A DNA stretch of 64,000 bases from the IMG/VR virus record IMGVR_UViG_3300035198_000053, positions 12,430-76,429 of that record. The stretch is one strand, 5' to 3'. The notes beneath the pieces are model-generated. The model was given only the letters and a program-made list of their open reading frames with translations, made no database searches and was not told the DNA's origin. The DNA comes from a virus. Position 1 is the stretch's first letter. Each line of letters opens with the position of its first letter. The position numbers and the translations under genes were made by a program. This document shows, piece by piece, positions 47,650 to 56,621 of the stretch.

Positions 47650-48909
47650 ATGACTAAAGAGTCAGAGGCCGAAATCGCGAGGCTGAGGGTGACGGCAGGC
47701 CCTCCGGATTCATCCGAGGCGGAGATCACGACCGAGATCATGCCTCAACTCATCAACTGCGATTCGCTGACGGGCTGGTCCGTAGAATCCGGCGCGGGGG
47801 TCACGGTTGAGCTCGACACGTCCGAGAACGTCGAGGGGACAGGCTCGATCAAGATCACCGTGCCCGAGGCCATTACGGGCGTTGTGAAGTATACAAAACC
47901 GACCGGAAGTTGGGACTTGTCAGGCCAAGGCATGCTAAAAATCTCTATCAGGGTGGACGGTCTGCATATTGAGGGGGCGACCACTGACGACGTGGCTCTC
48001 TGCTTTGGCGAGACTGCCTACAACGAACAGACCAAAGAGCTGCTCGATGTGCCCTACGCAGGATGGACGGACTATTTCTGGAACATCAAACCCATCGCCG
48101 ACGCATCGAAGAACGCGGTAACGATATTCGCAGTCAGAATCCAAAATACCGGGACGGGGGCAATGACCGTGAGGGTCGATGACGTCCGTCTGCTTTCTTC
48201 AACCCGCGTAGAGATCATGAGGCCGGAGGGATTGACGCGCCTTTTTCCAATCGAGTTATCAAGAGATCCCACGGTCGCATTCGAGTTCCTGGAAGACTTC
48301 CTGGCGTTCTGGGACGACACCGGGAATGGCATTCTCCATGCAGACAAACTCTGGACCTATGTCGCACCTCCAATCGCTCTGGCAGCCGTGGGGGGGAAGA
48401 TAGAACTAACCGGCACCAGCGGGGCAAGCAATGCAATGCATCCGCTAGGCCAGGACGCGCTCAAGCCTTTCCAGGTGCTAGGGCTGACAATACGGGTAAT
48501 GGTGCGGCAGGCTCAGTATGGGAGCGGGGCTTCCACGCGCCGGATAGGATTGGCGGATGGAGATCTCGATGCGGACCCTGTGAACGGAATCTTCTTCCGG
48601 TATGACGACGGAGGGGATTATTACGGCGTCTGCAGGGCGGCGAGTGCCGAGTCATCCGTATCGACATCGGGGTACGCGGCGGCCAATGGGGTCCAGGACG
48701 ACCTGATGATCGAGATCACGAAAGACGTTGTAACAGAGATCCCGTACTACGCAACGCCTCGAATCAACTTCTATGTAAATAGTTATTTGATCGGCTCGAT
48801 TACGGACAACATCCCGAGCGTGGGCCTCTATTTTAGCCTGGGGACGAGCAATATACACGTGACCCGAGGGCTTGATCTTGATTATGTCCACATAGTCCAG
48901 GAGCGCTGA
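47650..48909 (+). CDS. Tail fibre / receptor-binding protein
   Basis: Follows gpJ; lectin-like segments, FLEDF..INFYVN..I..ITDNIP..LDLDYV. Confidence 0.6.
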   Translation: MTKESEAEIARLRVTAGPPDSSEAEITTEIMPQLINCDSLTGWSVESGAGVTVELDTSENVEGTGSIKITVPEAITGVVKYTKPTGSWDLSGQGMLKISIRVDGLHIEGATTDDVALCFGETAYNEQTKELLDVPYAGWTDYFWNIKPIADASKNAVTIFAVRIQNTGTGAMTVRVDDVRLLSSTRVEIMRPEGLTRLFPIELSRDPTVAFEFLEDFLAFWDDTGNGILHADKLWTYVAPPIALAAVGGKIELTGTSGASNAMHPLGQDALKPFQVLGLTIRVMVRQAQYGSGASTRRIGLADGDLDADPVNGIFFRYDDGGDYYGVCRAASAESSVSTSGYAAANGVQDDLMIEITKDVVTEIPYYATPRINFYVNSYLIGSITDNIPSVGLYFSLGTSNIHVTRGLDLDYVHIVQER

Positions 48910-48937
48910 ACAACCACGAGTATTTGGGACGACTAAC

Positions 48938-49327
48938 ATGATCCTCAAGCATTTCCGGCGGCAGCAGACAACTGAGAGCGTGATCGGCGAAATCTACATT
49001 GACTCCCCGAGAGAGTGCTTCACGCTTGAAGACGCGAAGACGCTCTATCCTGACGGAGAGTACTCAATCGCCCTTTACGCCTCTCCCAGAAACAAGAGGA
49101 TGGTCGCCCTCTTACTCAACGTCCCTGGCCATACCTATATCGAGATCCACATCGGAAACTCCGCGAAGGACGTGGAGGGGTGCGTCGCCGTCGGGACGTC
49201 GCGCTCCCCGAACTGGATCGGAAACTCGGAGCTGGCCTTCCTGCGGCTAATCAACAAAATACACATAGCCATACAGGGAGGGGAGCAGGTCCTCATCCAG
49301 ACGAAGACCGAATTGTTTCCAGATTAG
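48938..49327 (+). CDS. DUF5675-type putative endolysin
   Basis: CFTLED..P.GEY..SPR..LLNVPG..IEIH.GN..DVEGCVAVG. Confidence 0.75.
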   Translation: MILKHFRRQQTTESVIGEIYIDSPRECFTLEDAKTLYPDGEYSIALYASPRNKRMVALLLNVPGHTYIEIHIGNSAKDVEGCVAVGTSRSPNWIGNSELAFLRLINKIHIAIQGGEQVLIQTKTELFPD

Positions 49328-49345
49328 AAATGAAAGGAGAGATCT

Positions 49346-50059
49346 ATGAACAGCGAAATTGTAATAGGAGGGTTCACACTGGCGGCAGTTCTCACCGCGT
49401 TGCAGGGGGTCATCTATCAGGCATTTGCGATTCCCGATAAGCTGAAGCCCGCGATCTCCGGCATCCTGGGCGTCGCCATGGGGCTGGTGGCGATGTGGGG
49501 CACGCAGACATATCCCTATTCCCCAGCCGTGATTCTCGCCTTCACCGTTGGCGGATTCATGACGGCGGCGGCGTCTTCGGGGATCTACTCCTGGATAAAG
49601 CCCAGAAACGGGGACGTGAGAAAGATCGTGCCGATCGTGCTGCTTCTGATAATGTTTGGAACGATGTCTGGATGCGCGACCCTCGGCAAGCTCGACGTGA
49701 AGGCCGACAAGGACTTTTATCAAGGCTTTAAGGCCGCCGCGATGCAGAAGGCTGCAAGCTGGCCTATAAAGGCTGGCTGTTTCGATGGGTGGGGGGGATT
49801 TAATCCCGCGCCTGCGCCGACAGCGCAAGACCCTATGATCCTGCGGTCCCTGGACGAGCTGAAGAAACTTTTGAGCACGCAGTCGGTATCCGTGGAGATG
49901 GCCGCGATCAAGGAGAAATTCGGAGACAAATGGAGCCTTGAGGATTACAACCTCGGCTATATCTACTGCGCCCAACTGAAGGTGGGAATGCAAACGGGGA
50001 TATCCACAGCTCAGGATACCATCCCCATTATCATAAAGATCATCGGGATGTTTCAGTGA
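49346..50059 (+). CDS. Holin-like multi-TM domain fused to a lipoprotein domain
   Basis: Three TMs, then RKIVPIVLLLIMFGTMSG-C lipobox; lies in the lysis cassette. Confidence 0.55.
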   Translation: MNSEIVIGGFTLAAVLTALQGVIYQAFAIPDKLKPAISGILGVAMGLVAMWGTQTYPYSPAVILAFTVGGFMTAAASSGIYSWIKPRNGDVRKIVPIVLLLIMFGTMSGCATLGKLDVKADKDFYQGFKAAAMQKAASWPIKAGCFDGWGGFNPAPAPTAQDPMILRSLDELKKLLSTQSVSVEMAAIKEKFGDKWSLEDYNLGYIYCAQLKVGMQTGISTAQDTIPIIIKIIGMFQ

Positions 50060-50085
50060 ATATGCCGTAGAGGTTTAGAGCAAAA

Positions 50086-50517
50086 ATGGAAGACCTTAAA
50101 GAGCACATAGGGACCGTCCTTGCGATTAGCGCCGGCATGTGGGGGGTGATTGTCATCCTTGCCGGAGTGATATGGCGGCAACTCCGGGAGGAGTCCAGAA
50201 GGTTCCCCGAATGGCTCACCGAAGTAAACAAACAGGGGGGCATAGTAACCTCCAATAGACTGCACGACGATCTGAAGGCCCACGATGAAGCCTACAACAA
50301 ATTTGTGACACAAGTGACGGTTCAGATAGCCACGTCTGAACAGCATCAAAAGGACGTGTTGGACCGCACGGAAAGACACTTCAAGGATCTTATCGAAGGC
50401 CAGGGGAAACTCATATCCAGGCTTCAAGAGATACAGAATATGGTTATGGAAAATCAGAATCAGTTGCGGCAAGACATGCAAAACGTAGCATTGGCGATAA
50501 ACAAGAAAAATAACTGA
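50086..50517 (+). CDS. Single-TM coiled-coil lysis-region protein
   Basis: N-terminal TM, Gln/Asn-rich coiled coil. Confidence 0.55.
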   Translation: MEDLKEHIGTVLAISAGMWGVIVILAGVIWRQLREESRRFPEWLTEVNKQGGIVTSNRLHDDLKAHDEAYNKFVTQVTVQIATSEQHQKDVLDRTERHFKDLIEGQGKLISRLQEIQNMVMENQNQLRQDMQNVALAINKKNN

Positions 50518-50563
50518 CGGAGAATGCGGAGCTTTGAAATGTCTTGGTTCGAAGTGTACTGAT

Positions 50564-51190
50564 ATGCCTCAAAAGACAATCCCAATAACCTGCGAGGGCG
50601 CTGGCCTGATCGACTTCTCATCCCTTGAACCTTTCCAGGACAACCTCAAGGATCTTCACAAAACCGAGTTTGAAAAGCTAAGGCAGTCGATCATAAAATA
50701 CGGCATTTCAGCGCCGTTCTTTGTTTGGGGCAACAAGTGCCTCGATGGGCATCAGAGAATTCGGGTCATCTCGGAAATGCTCAAAGAGGGCTACATCCTC
50801 AAAGACGGAAAAGTCCCGTTCGTGGAGATCGAGGCCAAGAACAAGAAGGAGGCCAAGGAAAAGATTCTACTATTCGCGTCTGTGTACGGCAGAGTGACGC
50901 CCGAATCTCTTTATGAGTTCATGTCTCTCGAAAGTATTTCCATCGACGACATCAAAATTGATGTGGAACTCCCGGAGATCGACTTTGAGAAGTTTGAGAC
51001 AGAGTTCTTTGATAGAGAAAATGTCAGAACAGAGGAAAGCGACTATTATACGTTGATGTTCAAATTTCAAAAAGACGATGCTGCTTACGTGCAAGAATTG
51101 CTTCATAGAAATCGAGAACAACATAACGAGCAGATAGATCAACAATGGAGGGAAAGATGTCTTTTGAGACTTTTAAAAAATATGGATTGA
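50564..51190 (+). CDS. ParB/Srx N-terminal domain protein
   Basis: KLRQSIIKYG..P..VW..LDGHQR. Confidence 0.8.
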   Translation: MPQKTIPITCEGAGLIDFSSLEPFQDNLKDLHKTEFEKLRQSIIKYGISAPFFVWGNKCLDGHQRIRVISEMLKEGYILKDGKVPFVEIEAKNKKEAKEKILLFASVYGRVTPESLYEFMSLESISIDDIKIDVELPEIDFEKFETEFFDRENVRTEESDYYTLMFKFQKDDAAYVQELLHRNREQHNEQIDQQWRERCLLRLLKNMD

Positions 51191-51579
51191 TCTTCAGAGA
51201 GGCAGTCAAAGAAGATTTTCCGAAAATTCTTGCTTTCGTGGATATTTTTCTTAGGAGAGATTATTTTCTTCGGCGCTCAGAACTTTTTACAAAGATGGAA
51301 ATGGCGACAATGATCATCGTATTTCATAATGATAAATTGGTAGCATTAGCGGTGATGGGGAAAAATAAAACGTTGTGGCATTTGCTTGTTCATCCGAAAT
51401 ATAGAGGAAAACATATCGGAGAGACATTAGTACAAAAACTTCGCCCTGAAATTATACGCTCTAAATTAGATCAAAGCACGGGAGATCCAACAGGATTTTA
51501 CGAAAAAATTGGATATCGAATTGAAGCGAGCAAAAAGGGGAGAAAAAGAAACATCAACATTATGGAGAGAGCAGTTTGA
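51145..51579 (+). CDS. GNAT acetyltransferase
   Basis: LLVHPKYRGKHIG, GFYEKIGY. Confidence 0.85.
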   Translation: MEGKMSFETFKKYGLIFREAVKEDFPKILAFVDIFLRRDYFLRRSELFTKMEMATMIIVFHNDKLVALAVMGKNKTLWHLLVHPKYRGKHIGETLVQKLRPEIIRSKLDQSTGDPTGFYEKIGYRIEASKKGRKRNINIMERAV

Positions 51580-51856
51580 ATTCAATAAGGAAAAGTTTTT
51601 CTGTTCTCGGGTAATTATTAATGATAAACCAATCTTTCAAATTTTTGAGAGAATGAAACCCATCTTTTTTTGCTTCCTCTTCGATGATCTCATCAAAATA
51701 TTTTTCCTTTATCTTAATCACTTCGCCAGAAATTGAAAAATTGATTTTAATTTTCGATCCGGGTTGAAGACTACATTTGCGCCAAGCCCGAATGGTTTGA
51801 GTTTTTTTGCCCGATAAAACGAGGGCCAGAAATTCCTTTTTAAGGAAAATTATCAT
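51560..51856 (-). CDS. ASCH domain protein
   Basis: F...F..LVLSGKKTQTIR..EAKKDGF..L..WF. Confidence 0.85.
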   Translation of the reverse strand: MIIFLKKEFLALVLSGKKTQTIRAWRKCSLQPGSKIKINFSISGEVIKIKEKYFDEIIEEEAKKDGFHSLKNLKDWFIINNYPRTEKLFLIEFKLLSP

Positions 51857-51862
51857 GATTAA

Positions 51863-51892
51863 ATGTTATCATAATCAAAACAGAATTGTCAA
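51863..51892 (-). promoter_or_regulatory. sigma70 promoter for a probably leaderless ASCH mRNA
   Basis: Minus strand TTGACA-N18-(TGA)TAACAT, ending 7 nt before ATG 51856. Confidence 0.6.
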
Positions 51893-52073
51893 GCGAAATC
51901 GGCTACTTGCCTGTATATTTTAGGCTTCTGCATTCGTATTTTTTCCATCTATTTTCATTCGAAAAACTCTGGAATAAGGTTTGTGAAAAGAATTATTTAA
52001 TAAAATAGTGTAGCAAATTCGCTGTATTACGTGTTTCCATGTCAGTATGCAAGCAAAACATATAAAATAATGC

Positions 52074-52102
52074 TTGACAAACAATATATAATGTGGTAAA
52101 TT
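52074..52102 (+). promoter_or_regulatory. sigma70 early promoter
   Basis: TTGACA-N17-TAAATT with extended TG; RBS GGAGGA and ATG at 52125. Confidence 0.75.
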
Positions 52103-52124
52103 ATAGTTAAGGATGGAGGATAAC

Positions 52125-52307
52125 ATGAGAGCGAGCGAGATCAAAAAAGAGCAGGATAGGGAGGACAGAGAGGCGGGGATGGAGAAACTAATCCACCTCT
52201 CCTACGATCGGCTCGCAGACGGCGGGCGAGGATTGGCAAACCGCATCGCCCGGAAAGTAGTGGACCCCGAGGCGGCGGAGGTTATCCGGAAAATCTGGGG
52301 GAGGTGA
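52125..52307 (+). CDS. Hypothetical early protein
   Basis: Strong RBS after the promoter. Confidence 0.65.
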   Translation: MRASEIKKEQDREDREAGMEKLIHLSYDRLADGGRGLANRIARKVVDPEAAEVIRKIWGR

Positions 52308-52312
52308 GATAA

Positions 52313-52501
52313 ATGAAGACAGAACAGATGATTTATGAAGCGGTCCACATCACAGACAGGGGAGAGGAAACGGCTAGGTTTTTTGCGAAACAAAATGAAT
52401 CGACAGATGAGGTCTGGAGATTGGCAAGAGAGGCTATGCACATCAACGGTCACGGGAATGTAACATGCTGGAAAAAGATCAACATCGGCAAATCCAAATA
52501 G
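52313..52501 (+). CDS. Hypothetical early protein
   Basis: RBS GGAGGTG. Confidence 0.6.
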   Translation: MKTEQMIYEAVHITDRGEETARFFAKQNESTDEVWRLAREAMHINGHGNVTCWKKINIGKSK

Positions 52502-52663
52502 GCAAAAGCAGCGAATCGGAAAGCGGATCAATTGGGCAGGCTGTAGGAAAGGAGGCTCCGGGTTATCAGGCAGGAGAAGGCCTCCCTGAATGCTGAAACA
52601 TGCAGGGTCCCGGAGCCAAAACCAGAATACCACAAACCACAAAAAAACGAAAGGAGAAAAGAG

Positions 52664-53929
52664 ATGAAAGCAGAGAAAAAGGCAGAGCAGATCAAGGAGA
52701 AAATCAAAGTCATCACCGACCAGAAAGTCCCCGTCTTATCGTCGTTTGTCGTGCACGATAACTCGGTCCAGTCGGAGTTGAGGCTGTCCGCATCCTGGTC
52801 CATCTCGATCCCTGTGGATGAGATCCACTATCCCAAATCCCTCGCACCCACATCCCGCACGGTCCCCGGCGAGATTGCCACGCGTCAGCAGATCACTCCA
52901 GCCGGTATGCTCTGGCAGCAGATGTATGACCTGGCCGAGCAAATCCACAAATGCGCCCATCTCTCCGATCGCAGGATCCCGGAGGGGTACGGGTCGCACC
53001 CCATCCCCATCAATTATCGCACCAAAACGGGTCCGGAACGCCGCAGAGAGGCAAAGGCCCTCTGGATCATCGATACCGGCAGACGCTTCCTCTCCGATTA
53101 TCGCCGCGCCACGAATAAACGCAATCTCGCCCGGATCCGGAAACAGATCACCGGCTTGCAGGCGCAGCAGAAAACCATCCTGCCTCAGCTCCGGGAGTGC
53201 AACTCCAAATACCTCTCCGGCAAAAAAACTGAGAGGGAGGCACAGGCAGCCAAATCCGCTGAGGCCCTGAAATCCGGCCGATTTTGGGAGGCTGACAAGG
53301 ACACGCTGAAAGGGTATTTCCAGCCGCCGTTTGATAAAAACTACCTCGCTGATGTCTCCGAGAAATGGCGAGCCGCCCTGTTTTGCGAGTGCAAATCGAT
53401 CTCGTACAAATGGGGGAACGGCAACTGGGGACACAAGCTCGGCGGAACAGGTCGGGGTTATCTCTGCGGGATCGACGACAACGGCGACAAATGGGGACAC
53501 CGCTTGCAGAATCTCCCGCAATCGCATGATGATCATGGTAATCTGGGGTTGGATAGTACCGTAGAGGAGGCGATGAGCGAGTTGTTTGAGATCGAAGAAT
53601 CCAAACTCGTCGATTGTCAACGTCAGGGGGATTTATTGTTTTGCTCGACCAAAATCAGGACCGAGAATGGTCCGGAAAAATGTGAGAACTGCGGGAATAC
53701 GCGGGATAAACATTTTGCGAGCGTCACGGATGATGGGCAGCCTCTGTTGAGTTGCGAAGAATGGGAGCCCCGCGAATCTCACAAAATCGCCAGCCCCGGA
53801 ATGGAGCGAAACGGGCGGTATTTTCGCTCGCCGAATCCGATAGAGGTTACACATACCAGTCATCCGACCGTGATTCTGCCTCCGGGGGAATATCGGCTGT
53901 ATGAACTCAGGATTGCGGATGCTGACTGA
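52664..53929 (+). CDS. Hypothetical early protein
   Basis: RBS AAGGAG; C-terminal RQGDLLF..H..THTSH..LPPGEY metal-binding-like motif. Confidence 0.7.
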   Translation: MKAEKKAEQIKEKIKVITDQKVPVLSSFVVHDNSVQSELRLSASWSISIPVDEIHYPKSLAPTSRTVPGEIATRQQITPAGMLWQQMYDLAEQIHKCAHLSDRRIPEGYGSHPIPINYRTKTGPERRREAKALWIIDTGRRFLSDYRRATNKRNLARIRKQITGLQAQQKTILPQLRECNSKYLSGKKTEREAQAAKSAEALKSGRFWEADKDTLKGYFQPPFDKNYLADVSEKWRAALFCECKSISYKWGNGNWGHKLGGTGRGYLCGIDDNGDKWGHRLQNLPQSHDDHGNLGLDSTVEEAMSELFEIEESKLVDCQRQGDLLFCSTKIRTENGPEKCENCGNTRDKHFASVTDDGQPLLSCEEWEPRESHKIASPGMERNGRYFRSPNPIEVTHTSHPTVILPPGEYRLYELRIADAD

Positions 53930-54061
53930 GATCGAGCGCCAGATTTTGAGACTGAGGCGGTCCGGGTTATCTCTGACCGAGGTAGCCCGGACCATGGGAT
54001 GGACAGGCAAAGAACGGGTCCGCCAGGTTGAGGCGCGCACAAGGAGAAAGGAGAAAATGCG

Positions 54062-54487
54062 GTGGAGAAAAAAATCGTAGCACCTCGCATCCGCGAGGGA
54101 GCAAAAAATTGGTATGGCGAGAACTTTCCCAGCACCAACGCCGGGGTTGTTTTCATCCTGGAGAGTTTTCCTGAACTCTACAAACGGGCACTGTTGGAGA
54201 TCAAGGGACGCCTTACTAGAGAAGAATTACTCCTCATCGTGGATGTCTACAACTCCACGGCTCTCACTCCGGGAATGCCCATGGTCGATGCCCAGGTGAT
54301 TGATGGAATGACCCTCGATGCTCTTGACCAGAAATGGGACGTGGACCGAAAATCCATGACGGAGAAGATCAAACACCTCACATCGTTTCAATCGGCCGCG
54401 TTGGAGATCTGGGCTAACGGGTACTGGTATGCACACCCGGACAAGGAACTGCGTGATCTTGAAAAGTACGTTGAAGCGATGCTGTAG
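54062..54487 (+). CDS. Hypothetical early protein
   Basis: RBS AAGGAG; 141-aa ORF. Confidence 0.65.
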   Translation: MEKKIVAPRIREGAKNWYGENFPSTNAGVVFILESFPELYKRALLEIKGRLTREELLLIVDVYNSTALTPGMPMVDAQVIDGMTLDALDQKWDVDRKSMTEKIKHLTSFQSAALEIWANGYWYAHPDKELRDLEKYVEAML

Positions 54488-54489
54488 AA

Positions 54490-54969
54490 TTAGCGGGGGA
54501 CTTCGGTCCCCATTTTTATTATTTTCCTGAATTCTATCATTCCCATCAATCCCGCACCCAAAAGAAAAAGGGTTGCTGGCTCTGGCACGGGACTGGAAAC
54601 GTCCCCGTCCCTTACCGCCATCACCCAAGCATACCCCGGCTCCGGCGCGGTCCCGACTATTGCTCCCTCCGGCCAGGTGAAGGCGTAGCCCGTCGATGTC
54701 CAGTACCCCGCAGTCACATCCGGTCTTCCGGGCGGGTTCGGGTATTGCAGATTATAGAATGGGCCGGGGTTGTCGAGTCTGATCCCGTCTGAATAATAGA
54801 GGCTTCCCAGATCGGTATCCTGGCAGTCGTACAGCCAAGCCGTTGACCCATCCTTGTGCAGTCCGCTCGGCAGCCTCCAATCGTCATAGCCCGCGTAGGT
54901 CAGGTTCGACACCCAGCCCTGGACCTCGCTTCCACTGACAAGGCCCAGATCATCTAATCCGTGGAGCAC
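54490..54969 (-). pseudogene. 5'-truncated PEP-CTERM surface protein (DUF1566/Lcl-like)
   Basis: LTYAGYDDWRLP..YWTST..AWVMAVRDGDV..VPEPATLFLLGAGL..RK; no signal peptide; in-frame stop just upstream. Confidence 0.8.
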
Positions 54970-55051
54970 TAGGAAAGAAGTATGGATTTGGGTTTCTATT
55001 TTTCATTTGTGAAAAGAAACATTTGTAATGATCTCAATATATTAAATCCGT

Positions 55052-55106
55052 TTTACTATTTTGGTAGTAAAAAGTGCTTGACAGATTACAACCAAAATAG
55101 TAAATT
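55052..55106 (+). promoter_or_regulatory. PR-like promoter with two repressor-operator-like sites
   Basis: TTGACA(55078)-N17-TAAATT; TTTACTA-N6-TAGTAAA at 55052-55071 and an inverted near-copy at 55085-55104. Confidence 0.75.
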
Positions 55107-55205
55107 AATAATGCAGCTATAAAACTTATGAAAATTTACCACAATAAAACAAAAGAAGCAAGCAAATTAAATCTCCTCATAAATTCCAGAAAGGAGTTGG
55201 TTTCA

Positions 55206-55427
55206 GTGAATGAAAACGGAGTCCTCACCATTCAGCAGGTAGCCAAAAGGCTTCAAGTGAGCCTGCCCTGGCTCTATCGCGCCACAAAGGAAGGAACAAT
55301 CCCGCATATCCGCATCGGCGGGATGATTCGTTTCCGGCAGTATGATATTGATGCCTGGCTTAATGCTCATAAGATTGATGAAGTCTCAGGAAATAATCAT
55401 AACAAGACATCGGGTGAAGCTGAATGA
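55206..55427 (+). CDS. Excisionase-type HTH protein in the Cro position
   Basis: LTIQQVAKRLQVS..WLY..G.IPHIRIGG.IRF..DIDAWL; RBS AAGGAG. Confidence 0.85.
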   Translation: MNENGVLTIQQVAKRLQVSLPWLYRATKEGTIPHIRIGGMIRFRQYDIDAWLNAHKIDEVSGNNHNKTSGEAE

Positions 55428-55445
55428 TTTTTTTTGAGTGAAACC

Positions 55446-55481
55446 TTCAGGGACGTTCAGGGACATTCAGGAAGGTTCAGG
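55446..55481. repeat. Four TTCAGG direct repeats at 10-bp spacing (CII-type activator site candidate)
   Basis: TTCAGG at 55446, 55456, 55466 and 55476. Confidence 0.8.
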
Positions 55482-55489
55482 AGGAGAGA

Positions 55490-55903
55490 ATGAAGGTTCA
55501 GTTAGAATTTTCCTGGGAGAAACGATTTGATAGTCTAAAAGAAGTGATTATTGACTCGGTTTATCAGTCTTCTATCTCAATAAAAAGCCTTGCCGCAAAA
55601 TTAGACCATGCTCCATCAAATCTTTCGCGTCGCCTTGCTCTAATCAAATCAGAAGATGGTCCCGGATTAACAGTTAAGGATTTCGAGCACATCCATCGAA
55701 ATCATGGAAGAGGAAGTAGGAGGGCAAACAAATGCAGCGCTGTAATTTCTGCGATTCCTTATCTGTATCCTGGCTCTACCCCGCCCATGATTTTGTCATG
55801 GAGCAGTTGGGATACAAGAGCGAGGGCGCCTGGCTCGCTTGCGACGCCTGTCATCTGCTCATCGACGCGGGCGATACCGACGGTCTCCTCATGCGGTCGG
55901 TGA
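55490..55903 (+). CDS. CII-like HTH regulator (3' part probably frameshifted near 55690)
   Basis: IKSLAAKLDHAPSNLSRRL HTH; the tail overlaps the next gene by 172 nt and looks non-native. Confidence 0.55.
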   Translation: MKVQLEFSWEKRFDSLKEVIIDSVYQSSISIKSLAAKLDHAPSNLSRRLALIKSEDGPGLTVKDFEHIHRNHGRGSRRANKCSAVISAIPYLYPGSTPPMILSWSSWDTRARAPGSLATPVICSSTRAIPTVSSCGR

Positions 55904-56037
55904 AAATCTTTGTGGCAACGCATCCGAAAGAACTCACGCCGCCCGAAATCTATGAGAATGTCGTACGCGCAATCATCCGCGCCGGGCACAAGCGATTCTG
56001 GGAAAGCCGAATCGAAGCAGGCAGGGCATACGCATGA
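55732..56037 (+). CDS. Hypothetical CxxC protein
   Basis: CNFC..WLACDAC; RBS AGGAGG. Confidence 0.65.
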   Translation: MQRCNFCDSLSVSWLYPAHDFVMEQLGYKSEGAWLACDACHLLIDAGDTDGLLMRSVKIFVATHPKELTPPEIYENVVRAIIRAGHKRFWESRIEAGRAYA

Positions 56038-56621
56038 ACCGCGAGAATTACCCATCGGTCACCCAAGTCATAAATTTTTTTGCGTCACGCCCACAGGTGA
56101 GCGAGCGCGTCAAACAGAATATGCTCAACGGCATGGAGCGCGGCACCGAAGTCCACAAGGCGAGCGCTGCCATATCTCGCGGCATCTGGACGCCAAGGCT
56201 CTCCGACGAGCGCCAGGGCTATGTCGAGAGTTTCCGGCAATGGAAGATCACCTACGTCAAACGCGTCTTTCTCGTAGAGCAACGGCTCTATGACGACAAG
56301 CACCAAATCTCCGGCAAGCCCGACCTGACCTGCGAGCTTGTGGACGGTCCGGACCCGGTGCTCGTGGACTACAAGACCGGGGGCCGGAGCAGACTGTGGG
56401 AAGTGCAGACCGCAACCTACATACACCTGATCAACATCTCAAAACTACTCATACCGCTGAAAGTCAAGCGGGCAATCGTCCTCATTCTGGATAAGGACGG
56501 CGGGGAGGCGCACGTGCCTCCGGGGTTCGAGGCAACGGCTTACCATCTCGCGATTTTCCTGGCAATGAAAACAACCTATCAGTTTCTAACTCAAGGAGTG
56601 AAAGGGGGTGAAAAGGAATGA
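56034..56621 (+). CDS. PD-(D/E)XK exonuclease-like protein
   Basis: YPSVTQVI, RGTEVH, GKPDL, VDYKTG, Q...Y. Confidence 0.85.
   Translation: MNRENYPSVTQVINFFASRPQVSERVKQNMLNGMERGTEVHKASAAISRGIWTPRLSDERQGYVESFRQWKITYVKRVFLVEQRLYDDKHQISGKPDLTCELVDGPDPVLVDYKTGGRSRLWEVQTATYIHLINISKLLIPLKVKRAIVLILDKDGGEAHVPPGFEATAYHLAIFLAMKTTYQFLTQGVKGGEKE

Noticed and set aside
39785-48909. Diversity-generating retroelement suggested by the Mtd-like N-terminus and Lcl-like domain
   Set aside because: No reverse transcriptase and no adenine-mismatched TR/VR pair seen in the window
55446-55481. CRISPR array, with the nearby nuclease as Cas4
   Set aside because: 6-bp repeats with 4-nt gaps; the nuclease lacks the Cas4 Fe-S cysteines and sits in a Bet recombination module
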